Shown: positions 10,001-16,458 of the stretch, in pieces
How the letters are laid out: each line of letters begins with the position of its first letter
How positions within the stretch are numbered: position 1 is the first letter of the stretch
IMG/VR virus record: IMGVR_UViG_3300036768_001555
Coordinates: 1 to 58,542 of that record
Origin: a virus
Taxonomy: Duplodnaviria > Caudoviricetes
DNA: 58,542 nt
Direction: 5' to 3' (one strand)
Translations under genes and position numbers: made by a program
Notes under the pieces: model-generated
The model's database searches: none
Told to the model about the DNA's origin: nothing
What the model saw: the letters and a program-made list of their open reading frames with translations, nothing else

Positions 10001-13000
10001 CAGGGGTGCGCCCGTTCCTAGAGATGCTCGGCCTGGTAGAGAACCGCATCGAGGCGGCGATCAAAGAGCGGTATGGATCGGGTACGGAGTGGGATGAGGT
10101 GCTCAGCTATGTGTTCAACGCCTTGCGGGAGCAGGAGTACAAGGCACGCGGGTTCGAGTACCCCAAGCCGTTCGCGGCTGGTGGGTACACTGGCCCTGGC
10201 GGGGTGATGGAACCGGCGGGGATTGTGCACAAAGGGGAGTATGTCATCCCCGCGTGGATGGTGCGGGCTATGCCAGAGACCATCGCCGCACTGGAAGCAG
10301 TGCGGCGGCGTGGCTATGCCAGGGGCGGCCCCGCCGCGGGGATCATTCGCGCGGAGACCTTCACGGCAATTGACCGAGCCACGGCTGCGTTCGAGGCGCT
10401 CACCGAAGCAGTCGAGGGTGTGACCGACACCATCCAGGCACTGCCGCAGACGGTCGTTCAGCCAAAGCCTGTACCCCAGGCTTCTGTGCCTAATCCAGAG
10501 GAGGCCCTTAAGCTTTTGGCTGAAGAGCAACGTAAGATTTTCCGAGACTTGCAAGAGAAGATTCAGGTGCGCAAGGAACTCGGCTTAGAAGTGCCAGAGG
10601 AGTGGATGAGGCAGTTCCGCATCCTCTCGGCGATAATCGAGCGCGATCTCTCCCCTGCGGCACAAGAGCTTGCGAAACGGCTTATCGAGCTGGATTTGAA
10701 GCCGAGCGTCGAGGCGATCAAGACGATCAAGGAGTTAGGCGTAGCCGCAGGGATGGACTCAGAGCAACTTGGGCTGTTGGCGGAAGAGTCGCGCCGCCTC
10801 TTCTTGGAGCAGCAGCAGCTGGCATCGAGCCTGCGCGAGCTAGGGTTCACAGAAAAAGCCAAGGAGATCGAATCGGCGATGACGGAGATGCGCCTAGCGC
10901 TGCTCGAAGGCTCTGGAGAGGTTGCGGAGATTCTCAAGCTGCAATTCTCTAAGCTGGACTTCACGCGCCCGTCCGAGGAGCTGGCGCGCACGATCCAAGA
11001 GACCATCCCCCAGGCGCTCCAACAGGGGGGCGAAGCGATCTCCGTGGCCGCTGATGCCGTGGCAAAACTCATCTCCTCGGCGGAGCAGCGGGTGCGGGAC
11101 TTGCAAACCATTGGTGCGCCAGAGGAGATGATCCGCGCAGCTGAGGAGACGGTGTACACGATCAAGTCCATGTTCGCGGATGCGGCAACCCGCGCCAAGA
11201 TGGAGCTGGAACGGCAGCTCTCCGGCATTGGCGCAGAGCAGACGGTCTCGGAGTTTCTCGCCAATGTCGGCAAGAGCATAGAGCAGTTCCAGCAGCTCTG
11301 GGCCTCGCAGGGGGACAACATCGAGGGCCTGAAGATGGTGCGCAGCGCGATGGAGGCATACCGGCACAACTTGGAGGAGATCGTGTCCATCCTGCCGCCC
11401 TACACAGAGGCGCACCGGCAGGCGCAGGCAGCCTTAGAGCAGTATACCTTGGCAATGGCTCAAGCCAGCGGCGATGCCTTCACGGTGCTTCAGACGGCAC
11501 TGGGGAAGCTCGGCTCTCAGGAGACGGTCACCGACTTCCTCAACGCCGTTGAAGCGGATGTGCAGAGCCTGCTCAAGCTGCGCTCGCTCAACGAGGACAA
11601 CATCGCCTGGCTCAAGGCGATCCACAGCAAGTACCGCGAGATGATCAACACATTCGAGGAGATCATTGCGCTCCTGCCAGAGGGGTCACAGGAGCAACGC
11701 GCGGCGATGGAGCAGCTGACGCGAGTGCAGGAGATGTGGGCCAGCGCCACAGGCGCAGCGACCGATGTCGTGGCTGCGTTCACGCAAAAGCTCCAGGGTG
11801 TGACCATCGAGAAGTTCCTAAGCCCAGAGACGTTCTCCAGCGCAGTAACGCAGTTGCAAGGGTTCATCCAAGAGGCAATCACGAGCGGGAATATTCAGAT
11901 GCTGCGCGCGGTGGCGGATCAAAAGCGCAGCATCGAGTCTGCGTTCCAGGACTTGATCGCCAGCTTCGAAGCCTTGGGGCTGTCTACCGATGAGCTGCGC
12001 CAGCGGTTCGCGGAGTTTCAGAAGGCATTCGCTGGGGATGCGCAAGGGGCGCTAGCGGCGTTGCAGGCAGAGATCGAACGATTGAAAGCAGAACCTATCG
12101 GCACTGGCCTCTTCCGTGCCCAGACCGGCGGCCTCGTCCCTGGAAGCGGCGTTGGCGACAAGGTTCCGGCGTTGCTAGAGCCAGGAGAATTCGTCGTGCG
12201 ACGCGAGATTGCCCAGAAGATGCTCCCGTGGCTTCAGTGGATCAACGCGCGAGGCTACCAAGAGGGTGGGGCAGTGCCTGCGGGGACCATGCGGGTAGAG
12301 GTCGCTTCAACGCCTGTGCAAGCCGCGGCAGAATCTGCGCAGCGGGCCGCGGAAGCCGTTGCCGAAGCCGGAGAGCGCGTCTTAGACGAAATCCAGCAGG
12401 CATCTCTCCCCAAGACCGCCGACGCAACGCTTCTTAAGATCGCTGAAGACCAGAAGGAGCTGCTTCAGAAGACCTTCGAGGTCTTGAAAGAGATCAATGA
12501 GCGCCAGAAGCAGCAAGTGACCATCGCCTCGAAGCAAGCGCAGGATCAGAAGGAGAAGGGACAGCCGAAAGAGCAGTCGCCGAATGTCTTGGCAGGAATC
12601 ATCCAGAGGGCGCAGGAGCGCAGCGCGCAGATGGCGCAGCGCGGCGCGGAACTCCTCAAAGACCCACAAGCGTTGATGAACGCGCTCTTTGCGGAGTTCG
12701 CGGCTGAAGCGCAGCGCATCCCACAGATCATCCACGACGCGCTCGCTGAGGGCGGCCCACAGGCGCTCGCAGGCATCCAAGAGCTGCTGCGACTCTTCCA
12801 GCAGCAGCAAGAGGATTGGCTCTCTACGCTGGAGATGCTCGGTGTGAGCACTGAAGAGTTTGCACTGAAGCTGCGCAAGCTCAACGCCTCGCTCCTCGTA
12901 GAAGGCCCGCGCAAGAAGCTCGAAGAGCTGAAGATTTCTCTCGACGAGATGGTGCGCTCACTCAAGCCCGAAGACATCCTGGCGCGCAAGGACGAGATCA

Positions 13001-15777
13001 TCGCACAATTCCGTCAGCTTGCCCAGGACACCTTTGGCGATCCAGCGATGCGCAAAGAGGTCGTCTCGGCGATCTCGGCCTTCTCGTCCAATATTCGAGA
13101 GACTATTGATTCCATGAAGGCGATCCTTGGTGTGCTGCCGCAAGATGTGAAACCGCAGGTGCAAGCCTTAGAGCAATTTCTGGCAGACTTTGAAGACACC
13201 TTCACTGGGGCGAGCAAGTCCCTCGCTGAGCGCATCCGCCAGAAGCTCGACACGCTTCTGGACTTTGATGTCCTCTCACCGCAGGATGCACTCAATATTA
13301 TCATGCAGCAGTTTGCCGAGCTGATGCAAAACGCTGGCGGGAAGGACTGGTTCCAGCTCGGCCCAGCTATTGCCGAGATCGCCAGGGCAAAGGATGCACT
13401 CATCTCGCGGATCGAGGAGTCTGCGTCGGCTTTAGAGTCGCTTGGGTTTAGCGCAAATGACCTGCGCCAGCAGATGCTCTCCATCAATGCACAGTTTGCT
13501 GGTCTGCCCAAGGAAGTCCTCGATATAGTGAACTCCCTGGACTTCACGAAGCCCGTAGAGTCTGCACACAAGCTCCTCACCGCCTTCACGATGATTCCAC
13601 GGGAGAATAAGCTTGCGCAGGACTTCATCATCAAAGCACGCGAGGAGATGCTGGCATCGCTTGAACGAGAGATTGAGCGTCGTCGTGCGCTCGGCCTGAG
13701 CACCTACTTCTTAGAGAAAGAGCTAGAGCGAGCGCGGGCAGGCTTTGGCGCGCTCTCCCCAGCAATGCAGCGGTTCGCCGACGCGTTGCAGTCAGGGGTG
13801 AAGAGCTTCGTCGGGGAACTCTTCGGCCCGCTCGCTCCGGTCGTGAATGACATCATCTTCAATACCATTGGTGGGGCACTCGTCAATGCGTTGCAAGACC
13901 TGACACTGCCCAACCAAGCGCCTGCGGCGGAGACCGCTAATGGCTTGAAGGCCGTCACAGATTCATCCTACGAGGCCGCGCGTGCCTTGGCGGAACTCGT
14001 TACTTCCAGTTCTGCTGTCTCTGAAGAGCTTCGTGCTCGTGCGGCTAAGGTTCAGGAGTCGCTTGAGGCTCGTGCTCCAGGACAACTAGAGCAATTCGCT
14101 CGATCCATCACTGATGCACAGAAACTCTATCATCAGACACCTCAGACACCTCTCGCTGAGCCGGTGTGGAGGCCAGGGATGCGCGCAGGGCTGGCGCATC
14201 CCTTGTGGACGCCCCAGATGCCACGCGCTCAGCTCATGGAAGCAGCTCCAAAGACTCAGCAAGCGGCGGTGCAAGCGCAAGCGGAGCATATCACACGGGA
14301 CACAGAAGCAGTTGCTAAGCAGAGCGAGGCTGTCGCCCAAGCGACCGTTGAAGTTGGCCTCTTTGCTAAGGCGCTTCATATCGGGACAGAAACAATCCAG
14401 AGCGTCGCGAACTTCTTAGATTCTCTCGGAATCGGCCTGGACTCTGTTGCACAGTCATTTTTTGGCTTACTCATGCAATCGCAGTCGTACAAGCGCCTCA
14501 TGGAAGAGCTGCAGCCGATCATCCAGGCACTCGCTGATGCCCTGGGCTTGATCTTGGAACCCCTTGTGGACATCGTGCGTGCGCTGCGGGAGTTTCTGGG
14601 AATCACGAAAGATGTGAACGATGCGTTCAGTATGACCAGTGCGAACATCCCCACGGGGTTCAAGGCTGAGCGCCTGCGCTACGCCGCGGCGATCCCTGAT
14701 CAGCCTCCGCTGGGGCGAGGGGGCACGGGGGGCGGGGGCGGAATCTTTGCGCCGATTATCGAGTTCTTTAAGGCGCTCACGAAGATTCCCATCGTCGGGG
14801 AACTGCTCAAGTTTGCGTTCTGGGTGGCGCGGCTCACCCTGGCGTTCATTGTGCTGGACAAGATCATTCGTGCGATCCCGATCATCGGGCAGATATACGA
14901 TGAGCTTGTGAAAGCTATCGCCAAGCCTATTGCCAACTGGGTTTGGGAGACGATCCTCAAGCCAGGATGGGAGTGGTTCGTGCACAATGTTGCTGCGCCG
15001 CTATGGGGAGAACTGGTGGAAGCTGGAGAAAAGATGCTCGATTGGTTTTTTGAAAACATCGCTGCGCCATCGTGGAACTGGTTCGTACAGAGCGTGCTCA
15101 AGCCTGGATGGGAGTGGATTGCTGCTAACGTCGGCAAGTGGCTTGGCGATGCCTTGGCCAATATGAATTGGGGGGAGCTGACCATCGCGGCGGGGACGGT
15201 GTATCTCCTTGGAGAGATTGGGAAGTTCCTGGAACGCACAGGTGAGAACATTGCACAGCAAGGATTGGCAACGGGGAACCCTGTCCAGGTTGCGCTAGGG
15301 CGTGGAACACAGTTTGCGGGGACGGGGTTGAAGTGGGGAGCGATCCTAGGGGCAATCGCTGGCTTTTTCTTCGGCGGTCTACCTGGGGCTGCTCTAGGGG
15401 CGGCTATTGGTGCAGGGGCTGGAGCAACAACTGGGCTTGTCGCTGGCGTGGGCTATGGTGCCATTGAAGGGATGCATAGACAGCGGGAAGCCGCTGTGCC
15501 ACATCTCCAGATGGGTGGATATGTCGCACAGACAGGTCTTGCGGTCGTGCACGCTGGGGAGTACGTGATCCCTAAGTGGAAGGTGCCGGAATTGTCGGTA
15601 AGCGTGCCAGAGGTAACGGTGAACGTGCCGCAGGCGAGCGGCGGCGGCAACGAGCCAATCTACATCGGCCAGCTGGTCATAGACGATCCTGACCTCAGCC
15701 GCCGCCTGCGGGAGTACATCAAGACCAAAAACCTGCGGCAGCGTGGCTTGGGTGTGTCGCACACACTGCTCGACTGA
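1..15777 (+). CDS. Giant tape measure protein with internal enzyme-like domains (5' end lies across the circular junction; true ATG at 57404; about 5,279 aa in total)
   Basis: Open frame from position 1 to the TGA ending at 15777. The N-terminus is a TP901-type TMP core (AFSEYEDAV...LARRLPITREQMLKIAEVG). It also has Ala/Gly-rich hydrophobic stretches, Trp-spaced 11-aa repeats near the C-terminus (KPGWEWF...APSWNWF...KPGWEWI) and a terminal HLQMGGYV...VHAGEYVIP motif. On the circle it lies downstream of the tail tube and chaperone genes. Confidence 0.93.
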   Translation, partial: RAALAETQRETDRAVRSIQDRLDAVKRTGSDLFRPLVAGVFGAGGVIAGVRAATKAFSEYEDAVISLSNKLNKPVDQIKDVTDALDDLARRLPITREQMLKIAEVGVTFGETSAAGLARFVETVEKFSKTTGVAAEEGATALGRLARAFNIPLAEVDKLASAINGISNQFPVDLNVMITGMQRFSAAAQALGIPVDKVLALSGALASTGAQAQRLLPAVAALLDDIAIKAGDMAAAIGISLDEFTRRLKEDPIEFLAQIEPLVEGNTDALKLFGDQGVKVLRELAASHDLYGRAVKIVNEELKTGQALQEDYTKVVASTSSQMTIFGNKLRILWQTVGQQVAPAFTAALGALTPFVDELTVMVRNIGPVLTQLEQVGESIKGVFAALVGGQENLDKLVGIIAKGAAGLAAFTAAVAMLNGAFGLLGKIGAFAVANISLVVGALGTLASPLVLISTLLVTLYTAWVKNWGGIRDFTEGITQKLSEMFAGILAGASEAGKAVASLAQGAFQGTIAIGKLVIDFASDAAKSAYDWLRENSAELRDRGIRLVIGLAEGAQALWEKIASGEIVVSVKGVLDEALVWVRDAAGKTLEAITIVVRWSGEKITELLASLQQNELVLSIKDTASEVLQRIVAWWKSLAEDSRRVLEVTVHGGEKAIQAVVTTGRLVIDFASDAARSAYTWLMEHGDALRQQGIAISVSVAEEARQFIAGIQQNRLVITVQDQASEVLQRIQQLWAEFAADPQRALKVVVEAGGGALEALQQGAASATESVKGLLAGAQQLDLSPLTNVWETIRSGAEAAGKALLDFLSGIDKAVASGVTFEQQVLSRWGEAIRTSLSQATEFLHQGDFVQSFIAGFSDIAQKAAAAFVGIFKGALVGAEFFATLAGDFAKFIADNANEFAKVIIAWRQQLVQALQQEDVAKEIVQLGGAIANALFEGLRAAGGLFNVFVQLVQTEVQGFVTLGTQIAQELWKGISGYLGQQQILQVLNLNFGIAFQDKTDVSQAQQAISDAIVKAITGAVSGAVLKPLIEKAIPGSTWIERVAAIGIPVAFGINFIFGGEKGNWEDAVLISGLVAANLAPILIKKVQELLAGQAGLVGMKLGGVATVGVGIGASLLFKFMRAETSADEGFADKVNRALVAGIPAALAGLLSLKFTGNAWVATITAGLVLQLLWDKLEAPQNLPEEWKQVLAPLQDAVSVTLPALQTMVTKLAEAFGALFALLRDVGAFNVFSAAIKVVGEALSGIAGVLQMVTGLLTGDWVLAWEGAKKVLDSVISILKTTLETLGGIAAKIWDIISSLFGLKNIGGALESPISRAFASSLFDQLQKELSSMQPEVKAKLVLDTSALPPAILGTPSIPGMRDFVAGLQATLAKTFEELQLPAEQQGAVDQLVKTVASLSQLLDAYTKDQKLTADELLSLVGVLAKIEQMMVALPQDLQKLVQQNAAIASNWQSIAASLEALVAQMKLPVVHKQAGGFVPGVGRGDKVPALLEPGEYVIPREMIERQPGLLAALEAARLGKRRLPGFAKGGPVLPAPLSLDERAPAGETLLNTLPAGVWQGVPEVVRRAFNDVVSVLREIIVSLNQMLTQAFPDLGPAQQQLMKSLQQTIEKIHELAHELTTAVSAPEAPAATAPAPSGVGLPPAKQRLMQSLLTEPTTLPPLQIDPFMQFVSSLGKRLEAAFDVSALKTLREEILAWATQMQNQPQKLFLLGQGMEDVIRRAIVLQSTFAALGLDVSEFQKFLDDAKEAQVQATKSFQDVLKEILKAQPVEAAQQLKALGESIGDNVEQMDAWRAAVRELTRGIETRIAFFEELGKTDLAQQWRDTLAQVQAVFSPDALADPLAALKRSLESLDFSNALEAGEQLHGLMQQNIDLVLKDVRAGELLVDAKRQLFQHVQTMIDVYRELGLPTQQLESTLEQLNVMFGSVADALKPFREELAKLRDLEPLEAVLRIREMAREIVQPKKMQAGGLVPGSGVGDKVPALLEPGEYVIRRQVAQKMLPQLEMLNARGYQQGGAVQGGGVFLSPWEMYWQRWAESLTPLENISVSAYIGAYYEDINSFLRKRVPGTRKIPIYPPEGERYITVKELAKHVESAVQKAKLPISRIVYRGFGSLALGNLALAKGPEALEGLIFRDPAFLSTSLDRNVAYDFALGKIQQAIYASSKGYPRLAFIGKMVLPEGFPAAYPSAVYGPDSTWSYLEREILVQRNMPFRITQARWLDDDLIELALEPLQKLPARASTIFSLLLPTPLDVAQAFQEATAAWLIQSGRLPPAYDWTKLGVNEYGELMYGDKVILRKGEPMPGFQPPGLFDMTLRPLLESLGFVNTRIEQAALDALAQGFSLDEAEKLLNRLQEQAFRRGGTSRPSIPERASMEMFQKGGAVGITPEEIARTAEMLRDPRFDLPLSAKALNQAIAEGRFYPLFLQAQQERIQNILKNALAGKASAERLFREQLFKGLSVGIITANEGVKMSEQDVLRFFLRGEWPSYLASRRVQALESAAQYALSVDIAKFARMSSAERLADIAENVYGLQYVKSAFGLTVGGFENLGTLDIWMSRATLGSAAIPKFSSVDEYLSALEKTFGAVSQSGIRQWNAFFELGRGAAPLFGEDKLDEVYTFIAKVLREHYAKEKGLVAERLPLADFLKEVRSRVQSLGTFAQYSHAAFFQALGLTPDDLLQAMNLPPEVYAKAQKLLQRPMYGIEALPVAQRVQNLARLPQAARELGITKTTAVSELFQGMALALPTLAEPGPLAYRIMLPQVPENLMDLVSQHLPGATIYDDLVGQFKGMVEFIGDAASATSIESLARDLAKAVRSPVTVMTENIATGQVVAEKITEALSEAGEQLLDVLSGQNVVKLYTERFDNLADLAKKYFEKFSIQNATGVWQGAVEKSAVIEIPLTSADMLARARKLAEEIALVNKQQAVMLVGRDLAGRGLQEFISAPQQGVAKAIAGAGELSLAKLGEAQAMLPLEEYIAKLYPRERYPQLWADEQFVSNLKKLSALAQELPIRSFISGLAAQRIFEQSQSIMGAVMGKTVEDLSLYLNPNIFDVPSLQQALQSYAGSVSQGISDVIGHELGHVLDMMTKYAETGIDDPSFRYVSSVLTDVLNTNAEAAHEFISLALERRGALPSYDFPQWQRLVSELRQPHTLEEIYDLINETLDFVFSLRDQPRFGGYFKSLVEYNSFTAQLRNLRDYTLSPHELMAEFFALYKEGREAALAKLPKATQAFEAQVLPRIAKAIPEIQPYFKALGGAKAFFGLALPDPLSGLMDQYERLAAFLIAEKGVSPQDLSQLNVDEKGNVYIGERLVVKAGEKIPEKYAGSPFTVVRLLEAGVRPFLEMLGLVENRIEAAIKERYGSGTEWDEVLSYVFNALREQEYKARGFEYPKPFAAGGYTGPGGVMEPAGIVHKGEYVIPAWMVRAMPETIAALEAVRRRGYARGGPAAGIIRAETFTAIDRATAAFEALTEAVEGVTDTIQALPQTVVQPKPVPQASVPNPEEALKLLAEEQRKIFRDLQEKIQVRKELGLEVPEEWMRQFRILSAIIERDLSPAAQELAKRLIELDLKPSVEAIKTIKELGVAAGMDSEQLGLLAEESRRLFLEQQQLASSLRELGFTEKAKEIESAMTEMRLALLEGSGEVAEILKLQFSKLDFTRPSEELARTIQETIPQALQQGGEAISVAADAVAKLISSAEQRVRDLQTIGAPEEMIRAAEETVYTIKSMFADAATRAKMELERQLSGIGAEQTVSEFLANVGKSIEQFQQLWASQGDNIEGLKMVRSAMEAYRHNLEEIVSILPPYTEAHRQAQAALEQYTLAMAQASGDAFTVLQTALGKLGSQETVTDFLNAVEADVQSLLKLRSLNEDNIAWLKAIHSKYREMINTFEEIIALLPEGSQEQRAAMEQLTRVQEMWASATGAATDVVAAFTQKLQGVTIEKFLSPETFSSAVTQLQGFIQEAITSGNIQMLRAVADQKRSIESAFQDLIASFEALGLSTDELRQRFAEFQKAFAGDAQGALAALQAEIERLKAEPIGTGLFRAQTGGLVPGSGVGDKVPALLEPGEFVVRREIAQKMLPWLQWINARGYQEGGAVPAGTMRVEVASTPVQAAAESAQRAAEAVAEAGERVLDEIQQASLPKTADATLLKIAEDQKELLQKTFEVLKEINERQKQQVTIASKQAQDQKEKGQPKEQSPNVLAGIIQRAQERSAQMAQRGAELLKDPQALMNALFAEFAAEAQRIPQIIHDALAEGGPQALAGIQELLRLFQQQQEDWLSTLEMLGVSTEEFALKLRKLNASLLVEGPRKKLEELKISLDEMVRSLKPEDILARKDEIIAQFRQLAQDTFGDPAMRKEVVSAISAFSSNIRETIDSMKAILGVLPQDVKPQVQALEQFLADFEDTFTGASKSLAERIRQKLDTLLDFDVLSPQDALNIIMQQFAELMQNAGGKDWFQLGPAIAEIARAKDALISRIEESASALESLGFSANDLRQQMLSINAQFAGLPKEVLDIVNSLDFTKPVESAHKLLTAFTMIPRENKLAQDFIIKAREEMLASLEREIERRRALGLSTYFLEKELERARAGFGALSPAMQRFADALQSGVKSFVGELFGPLAPVVNDIIFNTIGGALVNALQDLTLPNQAPAAETANGLKAVTDSSYEAARALAELVTSSSAVSEELRARAAKVQESLEARAPGQLEQFARSITDAQKLYHQTPQTPLAEPVWRPGMRAGLAHPLWTPQMPRAQLMEAAPKTQQAAVQAQAEHITRDTEAVAKQSEAVAQATVEVGLFAKALHIGTETIQSVANFLDSLGIGLDSVAQSFFGLLMQSQSYKRLMEELQPIIQALADALGLILEPLVDIVRALREFLGITKDVNDAFSMTSANIPTGFKAERLRYAAAIPDQPPLGRGGTGGGGGIFAPIIEFFKALTKIPIVGELLKFAFWVARLTLAFIVLDKIIRAIPIIGQIYDELVKAIAKPIANWVWETILKPGWEWFVHNVAAPLWGELVEAGEKMLDWFFENIAAPSWNWFVQSVLKPGWEWIAANVGKWLGDALANMNWGELTIAAGTVYLLGEIGKFLERTGENIAQQGLATGNPVQVALGRGTQFAGTGLKWGAILGAIAGFFFGGLPGAALGAAIGAGAGATTGLVAGVGYGAIEGMHRQREAAVPHLQMGGYVAQTGLAVVHAGEYVIPKWKVPELSVSVPEVTVNVPQASGGGNEPIYIGQLVIDDPDLSRRLREYIKTKNLRQRGLGVSHTLLD
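6100..6700 (+). other. VIP2/C3/Alt-like ADP-ribosyltransferase domain inside the TMP
   Basis: Y...Y.DIN..LR helix, VYRG (YRG at 6328), FLSTS (STS at 6424) and E-R-E-ILVQRN (6607-6615): the complete R-S-E catalytic signature in the correct order. Confidence 0.88.
7340..8010 (+). other. HhH-superfamily DNA glycosylase-like domain inside the TMP
   Basis: LFKGLSVGIITAN ... ENVYGLQYVKSAFGLTVGGFENLGTLDIWMSR resembles Ogg2-type motifs (FKELCFCILTAN ... KGIGYKEASHFLRNVG..DVAIIDRH). Lys at 7609 and Asp at 7660 are in plausible catalytic positions. Confidence 0.6.
8260..8790 (+). other. Tandem small alpha/beta domains, PII-like/SAM-lyase(DUF3574)-like, inside the TMP
   Basis: KYFEKFSIQNATGVWQGAVEKSAVIEI...LAEEIALVNKQQAVMLV fits the F..FT.....G.W.G..E.S...A..I.....Q.AV pattern. 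A degenerate copy (HLPGATIYDDLVGQFKG...LARDLAKAV) precedes it. Confidence 0.45.
9000..9720 (+). other. Zincin (HExxH) metallopeptidase domain inside the TMP
   Basis: VIGHELGHVLD (His at 9226 and 9238), followed by the Y.LSPHELMAEFFALY helix that could supply the third zinc ligand (Glu at 9607). Confidence 0.75.
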
Positions 15778-16079
15778 TGGAGAACGGAGCGATCGTGCCG
15801 GAACTGCCATTCTATGGGCGCGTGCTCGAAGACGATGGTCTGCTGGGGATTGACTGGAGCAAGACTACGCTGGATGCGATCCCTTCGCGCTGCCCCTGGT
15901 GCGGCACAGCGTTTTGCCGAGGCACCCATTGCCCCAGCTGTGGGCGGAGGTATGTCGTATCCGTACGACATTATCTGCGCATGATCGCGTTGACTGACGC
16001 CGAGGTGCAGCGGTTGCGCGCGAAGAGTCGTGAGCGGCGCGAGCGCACGCGCAAGAAGGAGCGCACTCATGAGCAGTGA
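15777..16079 (+). CDS. Small zinc-ribbon protein
   Basis: TGATG coupling to the TMP stop; CPWC...CPSC motif. Confidence 0.65.
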   Translation: MENGAIVPELPFYGRVLEDDGLLGIDWSKTTLDAIPSRCPWCGTAFCRGTHCPSCGRRYVVSVRHYLRMIALTDAEVQRLRAKSRERRERTRKKERTHEQ

Positions 16080-16458
16080 GTTTTGGGTGATCTTGGTCGT
16101 GGCAGGATTGGCTGCCCTCGTCGGGGCAGGCGTGGGAAGCTACCTGGCGACAGAGAAGGCGATGCAGGGACTTTCGCATGATGCCAAGCCAGTGCTCGGC
16201 GGCCTTGAAGATGCAACGACGCTCTTGCGCGAGGAGGCCAAAGCGGTCACCGCGGCAAGCAAGGGCGTGGAGCGAATGAGCTGGATCGCTATCGCGTTTG
16301 TGGCCCTGAGCGTTTTAGCGATCTTCTCGTTGCTCCGTGTGGTCAAGTATGCGGTGATCAAGGACTTGCAAAACAACGAAGAGTTCCGCAAGGCGATCCG
16401 CCAGATCGCCAGCAGCAAACCTTCGCGGAAGCGAGTGATGCGTCGTGGAGCCGATTGA
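16069..16458 (+). CDS. Membrane protein (2 predicted TM helices)
   Basis: AAGGAG RBS before ATG 16069; two hydrophobic stretches (FWVILVVAGLAALVG; WIAIAFVALSVLAIFSLL). Confidence 0.65.
   Translation: MSSEFWVILVVAGLAALVGAGVGSYLATEKAMQGLSHDAKPVLGGLEDATTLLREEAKAVTAASKGVERMSWIAIAFVALSVLAIFSLLRVVKYAVIKDLQNNEEFRKAIRQIASSKPSRKRVMRRGAD

Larger units (their letters stand above)
4420..15573 (+). repeat. Five dispersed copies of the TMP 'xxGG...GE(Y/F)V' module (4420-4599, 5905-6060, 10171-10335, 12121-12276, 15502-15573), plus a half copy FQKGGAV at 7135-7155
   Basis: QAGGFVPGVGRGDKVPALLEPGEYVIP, QAGGLVPGSGVGDKVPALLEPGEYVIR, FAAGGYTGPGGVMEPAGIVHKGEYVIP, QTGGLVPGSGVGDKVPALLEPGEFVVR, LQMGGYVAQTGLAVVHAGEYVIP. 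Exact 38-bp DNA identities at 4453-4490 = 5938-5975 and 5929-5966 = 12145-12182. Confidence 0.9.

Noticed and set aside
1-15777. Virion RNA polymerase inside the TMP, as in Thermus phage P23-45
   Set aside because: I found no DxDGD-type catalytic motif in the translation.
228-15810. Numerous long antisense and alternate-frame ORFs over the TMP and other genes
   Set aside because: These are expected shadows of GC-rich coding sequence; they lack RBSs and recognisable motifs.
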